DNA of 64,000 bases from assembly GCA_001938485.1 (NCBI GenBank), contig MQRK01254984.1:1-64000 (forward strand). The letters are read 5' to 3'. Below the pieces are notes generated by a model. The model searched no databases. It had not been told where the DNA came from and was given only the letters and a program-made list of their open reading frames with translations. Positions 38,881 to 51,521 of the stretch are shown one piece after another. A program made the translations under genes and the position numbers. The first letter of the stretch is position 1, and the number at the start of each line of letters is the position of its first letter. Origin of the DNA: Girardia tigrina. Taxonomy: Eukaryota.

Positions 38881-39269
38881 CATTTTCCAAAAAAATACAT
38901 ACTAAAAATTTACTAAAGTTTACTAAATATATTTTAAAAAATCCATTAAATCTTTTCAAGGACCTATTAAAAAAGGACATGGGTTCTTTTTTTATTAGTG
39001 TAATATTGGGTTCTGTTTTTTAATATTTTAGTTTTTGGGTCTATTTTTATAGTTTGTAATTTTTTAGTTATACCATCTCTTCTTCTACCAAATGTAAATG
39101 ATGCACCAAACACCTCTCCTGTTGCAAACACTTCTGATCCATTGGGGCTTAACCATTGCTGTCTAAGTTCATTTCAATCAAATATCAGTATATTTTAAAA
39201 ATAATATAGTTTTTTGAATAAATTTGGAATAAAGTTGAAGAAAGAAGCATCAAATTTTGATAGGATTGC

Positions 39270-40762
39270 GCGTCTTAAAGTTACTGAGAAATTTTCCCTG
39301 CAAATTGACGAATCTACCGATGTAGCTGGCATGGCTGAACTACTTGTTTACGTGAGATATTGTTTTGGTGATAAGTTACTGGAGGATATACTGTTTTGCC
39401 AAGCGCTTACTCAAACAACCACAGGAAACGACTTATTCAATATGCTAAATAACTTTCTAGAGACAGATGATCTAAAATGGAGCAAGTGCGTTGGAGTTTG
39501 TACGGTGGTGCTGCTTCTATGACCGGAGATAAGAAAGGATTAAAAGCTAAAATTAAGGAAGTTGCACCCCATGTTTGTTTTACCCATTGTATTAACCATA
39601 GAGAAGTCCTGGCATCTAAGAATCTAGATGTAGAAGCTAAAACGGTGTTACAAGAGGCAATGAAAGTAGTCAACTTTGTGAAAAGTCGACATCTAAATGT
39701 ACGTTTATTTTCATTGCTCTGTAAAGAAATACAATCGGATCATGATTCCCTTCTCATTCACACTGAGGTAAGATGGCTATCAAAGGGAAAAGTACTGCAA
39801 CGTCTAGTTGAATTGAAGCACGAAGTGGGTATTTTTCTGGAAAATGCTCATTCTGAACTAGCTAAACATTTCACAGATTCAAGATGGCTTCCAATTGTAT
39901 CATTTCTAGCAGATATTTTTCATAAACTTAATGACCTGAACACTTCACTTCAAGGGCCAAATACAAACATTTTTCAACTAAACAACAAAATTACTGGGTT
40001 TATAAAGAAAATAACTCTTTGGAAAACGTACTGTGAAAATGACAACATTGCAATGTTTGAGAACTTAAATGCATTTTTAAATGATAACGAACTTCATTTT
40101 CACGAAGTAAAATTACTAGTAATAACTCTTCTCACTAATCGTAAAGTTCATTTTGGTAAGTATTTCGATGATTTATCTCTTTCCAAGCATGAGTGGATCA
40201 GAAGCACATTCAATGACATTGAAAAAATAAGTCATCTTTCAAAATCACAGCAGGAAAAGCTTTTAGAATTGTCATCTGAAGGGACTCTACAAAAGAAATT
40301 TGATACAGTACCACTAGCTGAATTTTGCATACTTGTTAAAAATGAATATCCTCAACTTTCTGAACTAGCCATGTCAATTTTAATTCCGTTTAATTCTACC
40401 TACCTGTGCGAGAAGGCATTTTCCTCAATGGTAACAATTAAAACTAAAGTCGAAACCGTCTGCAAGTTAAAGGAGATCTTCGTCTTTCATTGTCACAAAT
40501 TCAGCCAAGAATAGACCTTCTTTGTTCAAATATACAATCCCATCCATCCTATTAATTGTAATAATTGCACATGATGTAATACTTTGCATATTATTAATAA
40601 AGTAAAAACTTTTTTAATATTTGTTTTTTTTCTTATTTTTTTATTTTATTATTTTATAATCAAATTATGTTAAAATTTAATACAGTATGGTCTAATATTT
40701 GTTCCCCAAAAATGTCTTAGCGCCCCCATAAGGGGGCATGCCCCCCACTTTGGGAACCACTG
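39270..40762 (+). mobile_element. 5'-truncated hAT Charlie/Buster (ZBED5/SCAND3-like) transposon
   Basis: FSLQIDESTD, THCINHREVLA, HTEVRWLSKG, STYLCEKAFS motifs; 3' TIR TTGGGAACCACTG followed by GTCTAGAC target-like octamer. Confidence 0.92.
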
Positions 40763-40779
40763 GTCTAGACAACCGAGAC

Positions 40780-41125
40780 ATCTTGAAGAGAAACTAGATA
40801 ATATTATAAGACACTTTGAAGAAAATTATATTATCGAAAAGTGTAGTTCGCCTAGGAACTTTCCATTGGTATGTGTTTAGAAGGAAGAAAAGCAAGATAT
40901 TCGAGTGTATGTAGATTTTCGTCAGCTGAATCAAATCACCGTCCGACAAGTGTTTCCAATGACAAATGTAGACGATATGTTGAATACACTAAATGGAGCA
41001 AAATATTTTAGTACCATCGATTTGGGACACGCGTACCATCAAGTAAAATTAGAAGATGAGTCAAAGATTAAGATGGAATTATCACCAAAGTACGGTCAAT
41101 ACTGTTTCAAAAGAATGTGTTGGGA
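40780..41125 (+). mobile_element. Gypsy reverse transcriptase fragment
   Basis: VDFRQLN..FPM..AKYFSTIDL..AYHQV..GQYCFKRM. Confidence 0.85.
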
Positions 41126-41898
41126 CCAGTGAGTTTTTCCTTCACGTCAGCCTCGGGCCTATTCATTGCACCTGCACCGAGGCAGGCGAAGGAAAAACTC
41201 CCTAAATCTAAAAAACGAAAAATAAAATATTATAATGATAATTTATAATTAATTAATTAAAAAATAGAAACTTTTAATTGGTTTTGACCCTTGGATCCTG
41301 TCGATTTGAATGTTTTCTTGTGAGAATTTGATGGCCTGATTTGTTGACGTGGGTTTGACCAGAATTTTGGCCATCTCCGGGTTGTTTCTATCTGAGGACT
41401 GTTGACTTAGTGATGGATGATTGAAGGTTGACTGTTAGAATTGTCTGCTTGCTGGTTCTGTGAGTTTTTGTGACAAAAGACTTGTATAAATTCATCCGAA
41501 TTTGTGCACTTATTTCTTTGAATAAATTTTAATTTAAAAAATTTTTCTTTTGTACTTAGGTAATTTTTAGATTTTATTTCCTTTTTTGAAGTTGATGGAA
41601 TTTGGCTGCCGATCTGTCGATAGATAACGGTAGGGGCTTATAGTTCCTGCCGAGACTCTTGACGATCAGGTAGGGAATATGAACAGGTTGTGAGGTAATT
41701 TGATGACTGCCGATCTGTTAATAGATTAACGGCAGGTGCTTATAGTGTCTGTCGAGACTATTGACGATCTGGAAGTTTGAGAAAGTCCTTCCCAAGTTTC
41801 ATTTCTAGAAGAGAATTCGTTTCTCTCAGCCTCCATCAATTATTTTTTTGTTTTTTTTATTTTTATTTTTTTTAATCCACTCATCGTCCTTATTCAGA

Positions 41899-42680
41899 AT
41901 GGATAGGAAATATAACCTAAACAAAGAGCAACAAAGAGAACTGCTGCTGGAGTTGCAGAAATGGAAAGGCGAATGTGCCAAGCTGAATGACGAATTGACG
42001 AAGAGGACAACCGAATTTGAGGACTACAGAAAGACTTCCGTTCCTCTATCAATTCACAAACCGGTTGTGGATAAATATTTATTGGGACAACAAAAAATAA
42101 AGTCCTTGCAAAACGAGGTCACCGAGATGAGAATTCAGCAAAATATGTCCAGCTACTACAAGAAGGTGATCGAAAAGATCTCAGAAAAGCAACCGGAAAT
42201 AATTATAGAAACAACAAGCAAGATTGGATCAAATACGGAAAAGAAGCCTCTGGTGACGAATCCAAACATTTATGGGTCAATTATGAAAGAGGATATGGCA
42301 TCATCTTCCCTCTGGGGTGTTCAGCAGATCTCAGAAGCGGCGGGAGCAGAGGAAGCGAAAGGCTCAAATGTTTCAACAGGTCAAGAATGAGCTGCAAGCT
42401 GTTTTTAAAACCAGTCGTATTGAGGTTGACGTCCAAGATGGAAAGACGGTAATCAGAAATGATGCCAGTCAAAGAGAGTCTTCTAATTTTGATACCTCGC
42501 ATCAAATTTCGTTTGTTTTATCCAACAAATGATTTCCAAGGGACTATAGAACAACAAAAATGGCTAGACTTTAAGTCAAAACTTGAAATTCAGAAGGAGA
42601 ATCGTGACCGCCTACAGTTCCGCTCTAACACAACTGGTAAAGATGAAGAGTTTGTCAATCTATCAGATTTGGATGATTAG
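41899..42680 (+). pseudogene. Frameshifted coiled-coil protein gene (~260 aa), unknown, probably element-borne
   Basis: ATG just after an acceptor-like TATTCAG; three overlapping frames (41848-42390, 42317-42532, 42459-42680) join into a charged helical protein. Confidence 0.55.
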
Positions 42681-43616
42681 GGACGATGGGTGGATTGCCT
42701 TTGATTAGCATTTTATTTTGTTATATTTTAATAAAACAATGTCAACATATAATTTGTTCATGTTCTTTTAACTTTAATTTCTGATATGAAAATGATAAAC
42801 TCATAATAAGAAATATAATAATCAAATAAAAAAAACATGTTGAGGAAAAAATAAGATAATCATTAACTAAATAGAAGTTACATAAGTCAACTTTCATAGA
42901 CTTAATATATTTAAATATAATGTAGAACCCAATAGGTATTTCATCAACTGACAAAATATTTTATTCACCTGTATGTTAAGTATATAAAGTATAATATAAT
43001 TTTAATTTTTAAAATATTTTGTTTTAATTAGTAAATAAGAAGAATTATTTACTTCTATTATAAAATTATCAATAAAATTTTATAAATAATAAGAATAAAA
43101 AGGATTAAGAAAATAAATAAAAAGATTAGGAAAATAGAATATTTACATAAAGAATGTTTACATTAAATATTAAGTTATTAATAAATTAATTAAAGAAAGG
43201 TCAGAAATGTATTAAAAAGGAAAGAAAAGATTGAAAGGTTGACAAAAATTTATTTAAAGTTCAAGGTGAAACTGTCATTTAAAAGTTCAGACGATACATA
43301 TTTAAAAGGTTAAAGTACAATTATTACCCACGTGAAGTTTATGTAATTCGAATAATTAGTGAGACTTGTATAAATTGGACAACGAGAAAACGATTTTCAT
43401 TGTTGTTAAAACCTTATTCAAGGTAATTAACGATAGAAGGAGAGAAGTTAACTTTTATTTTCAAATTATTAATTTTATTAAAAATAAAAGGTCGTGAGGA
43501 TCCTGTGGCCTACTTTAAAATTAAATAAGTTTTCTTTTTTCTACATTTTCTGTAATTGTTATTTAAAGATAAATATACTTTATTTTTAATAATTTCTTTT
43601 GACTTCTTAAATTAGT

Positions 43617-43618
<2 letters not shown>

Positions 43619-43666
<48 letters not shown>
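43619..43666. repeat. (TA)n microsatellite
   Basis: Directly visible. Confidence 0.95.
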
Positions 43667-43669
<3 letters not shown>

Positions 43670-43829
43670 GCGAATATCTACTCAATACCCAAACATGTAC
43701 AATAAATGCAAAATACTGATAATGTATTACAATCATGCTAATCAATTAATATTACACTTTAAGCACCATGCTATGAAATATTTTATGATTATAAATTTAA
43801 TGAGTATGTCACATACACTTAAGAGACTT

Positions 43830-44649
43830 TGAGTCATCCTTATAAACCAGTACCTTCAAAACTTTTTGAATCGCGGACCCCTTGCATAATAATTATTCTT
43901 TCTACAGACGCAATATCAATATTTTTATTAAAAATTTTCGTATTTATTAACCTTTCGATAATATCAGGTAATACTTCTGAAAAATGTATCCTGAAGTCCA
44001 CTTCAACTATTAAACGATTTTTTATCTTGTTTTTGAGATAACTTGTTGAAAATCCATGTTCGCACATGTACGTAGTAAAACACAGAATTAAATATGTCAA
44101 TGCCTTTTCTGCAATATTCGGATAACTTTGAAATTTTGATAGCCAAATTTAGAAAGTAATTTTGCCAGGAAATCATTTATTATTGCACCGTTACAAAAAT
44201 TTTCAACAATTCATCTTGTTCTACAATCGTCAAATCCTTAATTTAATCAACATTCCCATAATTAAATGGATTTTTAATCCAATTATGATCAATTTGATTT
44301 TTGGGGTCGTAATATTCAAATGTTCCGTTAAGCATTTCTAAGAGTTCACAAAACACTTAAATTATGTTACTGGGAATATTTTCTTGGTTAGATTTCAGAA
44401 ATTCACAGAGTGTGAAAAGAATCAAAAATGTGTTTTGAAGCCTGATTAACCATAAATCTAACTTTTTTCATTGCATCAATTTTGTCTATTACTTGAAAAA
44501 AATGTGGTATTTCTACTTTACATTAGTAAATTCAATTCATTCAATCAGGTAAATATATCACTAAGATATGCTGCTTTCATTTTTATAAAATTTATTAGTT
44601 CATTTGGCGGAACCATTGGGGTCCTTGGGCCACAGATTGGAAAACACTG
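43830..44649 (-). mobile_element. hAT Charlie-type transposase C-terminal remnant plus a TIR-like end
   Basis: FTTYMCEHGFS..KNKIKNRL motif; TTGGAAAACACTG terminus at 44649. Confidence 0.75.
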
Positions 44650-44945
44650 TTATAAACGATTTGAAGAACACAGTCGAAAAAAGGGTAATAGTAATATTGC
44701 AGAATATATGAAAAATAATATTAATATTGAAAATTTAAAGATTCTGCCTTTTGATTGATATTTGGTGAGAGAGTATCATGCTAAATTTTGTTAAATATGT
44801 CAAATGGCAGTCCCAACAAGCTTATTCAGAAATTTTAAATAGCGTAATTTTTTACAATTGATCAAATACTCATTTTTGCATTTATTTACCGTCGAATTAA
44901 ATCATTAGTCAGTGATCTGAAGACAATGGCTCATCTTAAAAAATA
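44650..44945 (+). mobile_element. Penelope-like 3' remnant with decayed hammerhead
   Basis: KRFEEHSRKKGNSNIAE homologous to the other PLE copies; AGTCAGTGATCTGAAGA at ~44907-44923. Confidence 0.6.
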
Positions 44946-45349
44946 CTATTTTATAAATATATTTCAAAATTCATTAGTTATGTGATCAATAAAAAATGTT
45001 CATTTGAATCGAAACTTATCCACACTTCGATATTTTAAAGTTTTTTTGAATCTTCTCAAAAAAGTAATACAACATTCAATTTAAAAAAATATTTTGCAAC
45101 TCGAATTACTGAATTAAAATTAAATAATTATCGATACAAATGAATAGAAGTATTTTTAAATAGCTCTTATCAATTTTTTTACATTGGATCGTAGATTTAA
45201 ACTGTAATTTGTTTATATAATCTAAAAACATATTCCATTAAATAACCGCTCTTCAAATATCAATCATTTGTACACACATTCCATTGACAAAACAATTTGT
45301 GATATTCGATGTGTAATAACTAAAAAAACCGACAATCTTATTTTTTTTA

Positions 45350-45481
45350 ATGGCTTCTAAATCTAAAAAAATCCAAAAGGTTATTGATGGTATTCGAGCT
45401 TGGAATTTAAGTTCTTCTTCCAGTAACACTAAATCGGAAATAGAAGAACCGTTAAAGTCCGATCATTTCAAATTTGGGAAT
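45350..45481 (+). CDS. STXBP5: Tomosyn / syntaxin-binding protein 5, coding exon 1
   Basis: IQKVIDGI..EIEEPLKSDHFKFGN ~ human IRKVLDGL..EIQETLQSEHFQLCK; GTAATT donor at 45482. Confidence 0.9.
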
Positions 45482-45534
45482 GTAATTTTCCACAAAAAAA
45501 TTTCGATTATCGGAAAATCGAATTCTATTTTCAG

Positions 45535-45632
45535 ATTGTCCAATACGGATTCCCCAACGATCCGAATTGCATTGCATATGAACCGATTCAGAAACTCCTC
45601 ATTATCGGAACGAAAAACGGTTCCGGTCGAAT
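45535..45632 (+). CDS. STXBP5: Tomosyn coding exon 2 (98 nt), after a 53-nt intron
   Basis: TTTCAG acceptor; IVQYGFPNDPNCIAYEPIQKLLIIGTKNG ~ [35 protein letters not shown] donor. Confidence 0.92.
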
Positions 45633-45919
45633 GTAAAATTACCTATATATATCTATAAATATTTGCGTTTTTCGATTAATCTAATAACCTTAGCAACCAA
45701 GATAATTCAATATCAAATATCGGTATCGCGTCAATTTAGCTCGGCGACAATACAATTTTTTTATTATTTTAATATTGAAATTAATGTATATGCAAATATA
45801 TGTGCTCTGCCGAATTTGTGAAATTGCCGCATTCACCACGGACGCAATTTATTAGAAATAATTTTTAATTGAGTTATAAAAAATCAATATTAAAAATTCT
45901 GCATTTTATGTGAAAATTT

Positions 45920-48443
45920 ATCAATTTAATATGAAAAAATATCGATTTAATATGAATAAATATCGATTTAATATGAATAAATATCGATTTAATATGAAAA
46001 AATATCGATTTAATATGAAAAAAATATCAAATTAATATGAAAAAATATCGATTTAATATGAAAAAATATCGATTTAATATGAAAAAATATCGATTTAATA
46101 TGAAAAAATATCGATTTAATATGAAAAAATATCAATTTAATATGAAAAAATATCGATTTATTATTAAAAAATATCGATTTATTATGAAAAAATATCGATT
46201 TAATATGAAAAAATATCAAATTAATATGAAAAAATATCGATTTAATATGAAAAAATATCGATTTAATATGAAAAATATCAATTTAATATGAAAAAATATC
46301 GATTTATTATTAAAAAATATCGATTTATTATGAAAAAATATCGATTTAATATGAAAAAATATCAAATTAATATGAAAAAATATCGATTTAATATGAAAAA
46401 ATATCGATTTAATATGAAAAAATATCAATTTAATATGAAAAAATATCGATTTAATATGAAAAAATATCGATTTATTATGAAATATCAATTTAATATGAAA
46501 AAATATCAATTTAATATGAAAAAATATCTATTTATTATTAAAAAATATCGATTTAATATGAATAAATATCGATTTAATATGAATAAATATCGATTTAATA
46601 TGAAAAAATATCGATTTAATATGAAAAAATATCGATTTATTATTAAAAAATATCGATTTAATATGAAAAAATATCGATTTAATATGAAAAAAATATCAAA
46701 TTAATATGAAAAAATATCGATTTAATATGAAAAAATATCGATTTAATATGAAAAAATATCGATTTANNNNNNNNNNNNNNNNNNNNNNNNNNNNNNNNNN
46801 NNNNNNNNNNNNNNNNTATCGATTTAATATGAAAAAATATCGATTTATTATGAAATATCAATTTAATATGAAAAAATATCAATTTAATATGAAAAAATAT
46901 CTATTTATTATTAAAAAATATCGATTTAATATGAAAAAATATCAATTTAATATGAAAAAATATCGATTTAATATGAAAAAATATCAATTTAATATGAAAA
47001 AATATCAATTTAATATGAAAAAATATCGATTTATTATTAAAAAATATCGATTTATTATGAAAAAATATCGATTTAATATGAAAAAATATCAAATTAATAT
47101 GAAAAAATATCGATTTAATATGAAAAAATATCGATTTAATATGAAAAAATATCAAATTAATATGAAAAAATATCGATTTAATATGAAAAAATATCGATTT
47201 AATATGAAAAATATCAATTTAATATGAAAAAATATCGATTTATTATTAAAAAATATCGATTTATTATGAAAAAATATCGATTTAATATGAAAAAATATCG
47301 ATTTAATATGAAAAAATATCAAATTAATATGAAAAAATATCGATTTAATATGAAAAAATATCGATTTATTATGAAATATCAATTTAATATGAAAAAATAT
47401 CAATTTAATATGAAAAAATATCTATTTATTATTAAAAAATATCGATTTAATATGAAAAAATATCAATTTAATATGAAAAAATATCGATTTAATATGAAAA
47501 AATATCAATTTAATATGAAAAAATATCAATTTAATATGAAAAAATATCGATTTATTATTAAAAAATATCGATTTATTATGAAAAAATATCGATTTAATAT
47601 GAAAAAGTATCATATTAATATGAAAAAATATCAATTTAATATGAAAAAATATCGATTTAATATGAAAAAATATCGATTTATTATGAAATATCAATTTAAT
47701 ATGAAAAAATATCGATTTAATATGAAAAATATCAATTTAATATGAAAAAATATCGATTTATTATTAAAAAATATCGATTTATTATGAAAAAATATCGATT
47801 TAATATGAAAAAATATCAAATTAATATGAAAAAATATCGATTTAATATGAAAAAATATCGATTTAATATGAAAAATATCAATTTAATATGAAAAAATATC
47901 GATTTATTATTAAAAAATATCGATTTATTATGAAAAAATATCGATTTAATATGAAAAAATATCAAATTAATATGAAAAAATATCAATTTAATATGAAAAA
48001 ATATCGATTTAATATGAAAAAATATCAATTTAATATGAAAAAATATCTATTTATTATTAAAAAATATCGATTTAATATGAAAAAAATATCAATTTAATAT
48101 GAAAAAATATCGATTTAATATGAAAAAATATCAATTTAATATGAAAAAATATCGATTTAATATGAAAAAATATCAATTTAATATGAAAAAATATCAATTT
48201 AATATGAAAANNNNNNNNNNNNNNNNNNNNNNNNNNNNNNNNNNNNNNNNNNNNNNNNNNTATGAAAAAATATCAATTTAATATGAAAAAATATCGATTT
48301 AATATGAAAAAATATCAATTTAATATGAAAAAATATCAATTTAATATGAAAAAATATCAATTTAATATGAAAAAATATCTATTTATTATTAAAAAATATC
48401 GATTTAATATGAAAAAATATCAATTTAATATGAAAAAATATCG
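45920..48443. repeat. 21-bp satellite (TAATATGAAAAAATATCGATT)n with higher-order structure, in tomosyn intron 2
   Basis: Directly visible; two N gaps, so true length is unknown. Confidence 0.97.
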
Positions 48444-48505
48444 ACACAACATTTAAACATGCAAACACTACACAAAAACATCAAATATTCCTCACAATAG
48501 TTATT

Positions 48506-48779
48506 AAAACTTCTTCCCTGGTGGCAAGCTGAATTGCAAACGTTTGAATTTTTTTAAAAACATTTGCACTTATTATTTGTACATTCTTTTGTATATAATC
48601 ACTTTTGGAAGCCTATATTAAATGGATATTTTTTTATATTATCAATTTAATATGAAAAAATATCGATTTAATATGGGCTTCCAAAAGTGATTATATACAA
48701 AAGAATGTACAAATAATAAGTGCAAATGTTTTAAAATACAAATTTTTGCAATTCAGCTTGCTACCAGGGAAGAAGTTTT
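48506..48779. repeat. Foldback inverted repeat (~115-bp arms) with satellite monomers at the loop
   Basis: AAAACTTCTTCCCTGGT..TTTTGGAAGCC / GGCTTCCAAAA..ACCAGGGAAGAAGTTTT. Confidence 0.9.
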
Positions 48780-49017
48780 GTATTATATAAAATTGATTTT
48801 TTCATATCGAATACACAAATTTTTAAATGAAATGCAGAATTTTTATATTAATTTTCCAATTTTTCATATAGTTAATGAATTTGGCGATATATATATATAT
48901 ATATATAAAACAAAAAATAGCCATTTTCCAAACATTTATTTTTATTTTTCAAAACTAGTTTCGCCATATTGGCATCTTCAGTTGACTAATTGAAATTTCA
49001 GATTTAAGTCCCTTTTA

Positions 49018-49256
49018 TATAGCGGTAGACTGTTACGCAATACTACTCAATTTAAGGCTTTTTATTATTATTATTTACTTTAATTTAAAAAAAATAACAA
49101 GAAAAAACGTCTAAAAATCAATATTCAAAATTTTAATTATTTATTCAAAAAGGAAAAAAAACGTTTTTTTTGTTAATTTTTTTTATTAAATTAAAGTAAA
49201 TAATAATAATAAAAAGCCTTAAATTGAGTAGTATTGCGTAACAGTCTACCGCTATA
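49018..49256. repeat. Foldback inverted repeat (~70-bp arms) next to a Harbinger/ISL2EU-like terminus (~49310)
   Basis: TATAGCGGTAGACTGTTACGCAATACTACTC.. / ..GAGTAGTATTGCGTAACAGTCTACCGCTATA. Confidence 0.85.
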
Positions 49257-49439
49257 GGGGGGTTGGAAATCTGCTAAAATAGCGTCACGACATTTATGGG
49301 ACAGCTCCTAAGTTAATTTAGTGAGGCGATAATTCAGCTTACAATTATTAAAATATATACAAAAATTGAGAACTTTTGATTCATAATTTTTAAACTATAA
49401 ATCTTGTATGATATTTTTTTTAAATGGAGTTTTGAAATA

Positions 49440-50012
49440 CTCCCTCTGTCCGAAAATAATAGTCTCATTTCAATTTTGCGGTGATTTTCGAGATTAAAAT
49501 GACTGATGAAATTAAAAAGACATTATAAACAAACAAACTATTAAAGTTTTTTTTATTAAAAACTACAATTTTTACATACATAGGAGCGGGTACATTATTT
49601 ATATATAAAAAGTTACAGATTACTATTTCTATAAATCTTCATTGCTTCCTCAGAGCATTTTAAAAATATTGGTAATTTTGATTCTCTTCGTAGTTTTTCT
49701 TTTTTTAGATGAGGTATTTTATATTTATTGGACCCTTTTTCTCTTATAATGCAATCGATACAACTTTGTAAAATTAAGAAAATATTGTCTAATTTCGTGC
49801 TAGCGTAATTCCCAAAAGCTCTTTCAACAACTGTAATTAATTCGTCAATATTGTATTCGGTGGTTCTTGATGTTGCAAAGATTGAATTGATGCAAAAAGT
49901 CATGTTAAAAACGGATAAATTATGTTTATCGATGAAGACTTGATCCCTTCATACCATTTATATAAAAAACCTAATATTTAGAAATGGGACTCTTATTTTC
50001 GGACAGATGGAG
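49440..50012 (-). mobile_element. Internally deleted DD39D (plant-type, Stowaway-related) mariner
   Basis: TA-flanked TIRs CTCCCTCTGTCCGAAAATAA / TTATTTTCGGACAGATGGAG; C-terminus IDELI..VERAF..IFLILQSC..GSNKYKIPHLKK..LP (49613-49903). Confidence 0.85.
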
Positions 50013-50349
50013 TAATTTTTAATATTTTAAAAGATTAAAATTTTAATTAATGTTAATTAAATTAAAATGGAAATAAATACTATTTTTAATTTAATTGAAA
50101 TTTTAAAAAAATAAAAATGGTTTGGTTTAAAAATAATTTTCAATATTTTAAATGATTATAATGATTGAAATTTTATAATTAAAATGGGAATAAATATTGT
50201 TTCATTAATCGAAAACTTGAAATAAGGTGGCCCAACAAATATTTAGCCTTTAAGATTAAAAAGGCATTAACTGTTCAGTAATACGATAATTCAATGCATG
50301 AATAAATAAAACTTAATTAATTTTCTATGAAAAACAAAACTCATCAATT

Positions 50350-51521
50350 GAAAAATATATTTGTTGACGATATATTTCGACGGTTCAACTGTCATCTTCA
50401 GGTAACTGATTAATAATTAATTCATCTGGTTATAAATACAAAAATGATGATTATTTAATCGATTGCATAAAATCATGCTAATCAAAAATTCTCAATAAGC
50501 TGGTTGAGACTGCCGATTGAACATTGATTTTAGGGCAACGCGATATAATTAATAATGCTTCACACGACACTCTCCAGATAAATGTAAAAATGATTACGCA
50601 GAATCTTGAAATCATGACATTTACATTTTTTCCTATGTTCTGCAATATTACTCTTCCTCTCTTTTCGACCATGTTCTTGAATTCGTTTACAGAGATGACG
50701 GGCAGTCTCTCCAATGTATGTTGCATCGCACCCATCACATTTTTATTCATAAATAATAGCAGAACAAAGTGCTAAAGGTGTAATAGATTTATTACTGAAC
50801 ATATTTTGAATTTATGAGATCGTGATACGATTTTTTAATTTAATTCATTGTTAGTTTCTTTTAACAATGTATTTTCAAAGTTTTTAAATCCTTCAGAATA
50901 AGGTACAATCCAGCAACATTTAGGAATATTATTAATATCTATTGATACTTCGATTTCCTTCTTAGATCAATCAGGAGAAATTAAACTCTGATTTTGCGGA
51001 CTATCTTTCAAAAGTATTTTATCCATTGTTTTCTTTATTAATTTTTCCAGAAAAAAATTAGAATAACCAATCTGATTCAACAAAGAACTTAGTTTATTAA
51101 CACATTCTACAGATTTAACAAAAGTGGAAGACAACGACCAGGAGCGATAAATAAGGCTTTTAATCATGTTTCTTTTATAATTCGGTTCACAAAAACTGTC
51201 CGGTAAAGTATATAAACCAATATCACTTTGCTTCCTATAAATTCAAGTCTCGTAACTAAGAGATTTTCTTTCAACCAAAAGATCCAGAAAAGTTAAGAAT
51301 CAATTCGTTTCATTTCAACTGTAAAAGTAACATTTAGATGTAAAGAATTCATAAAATTTAAAAATGGAAATACATCAGTCTGATTTTCTGTTCAATCGGT
51401 AGTCTTAACCAGCTTATTGAGAATTTTCGATTAGCATGATTTTATGCAATGGAGAACAAAATCATCATTTTTGTATTTTTATCCAGATGAATTAATTATT
51501 AATTAGTGACCTGAAGATGAC
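50350..51521 (-). mobile_element. 5'-truncated Penelope-like element with inverted 5' pLTR (continues 52164-52215)
   Basis: FMNSLHLNVTFTVE, MIKSLIYRSWSLSS and GIY-YIG remnants; 51400-51521 is an inverted copy of ~50390-50510. Confidence 0.88.
50363..50406 (-). ncRNA. Minimal hammerhead ribozyme, core intact
   Basis: GTTAC-CTGAAGA-T-GACAG-TTGAA-CCGTC-GAAA-TATATC-GTCAAC. Confidence 0.82.

Noticed and set aside
45350-45658. 102-aa single-exon ORF
   Set aside because: It reads through a 53-nt intron; the real product is spliced tomosyn
46010-48456. Many MKKYRFN / IFFHIKS repeat ORFs
   Set aside because: Translation artefacts of the 21-bp satellite
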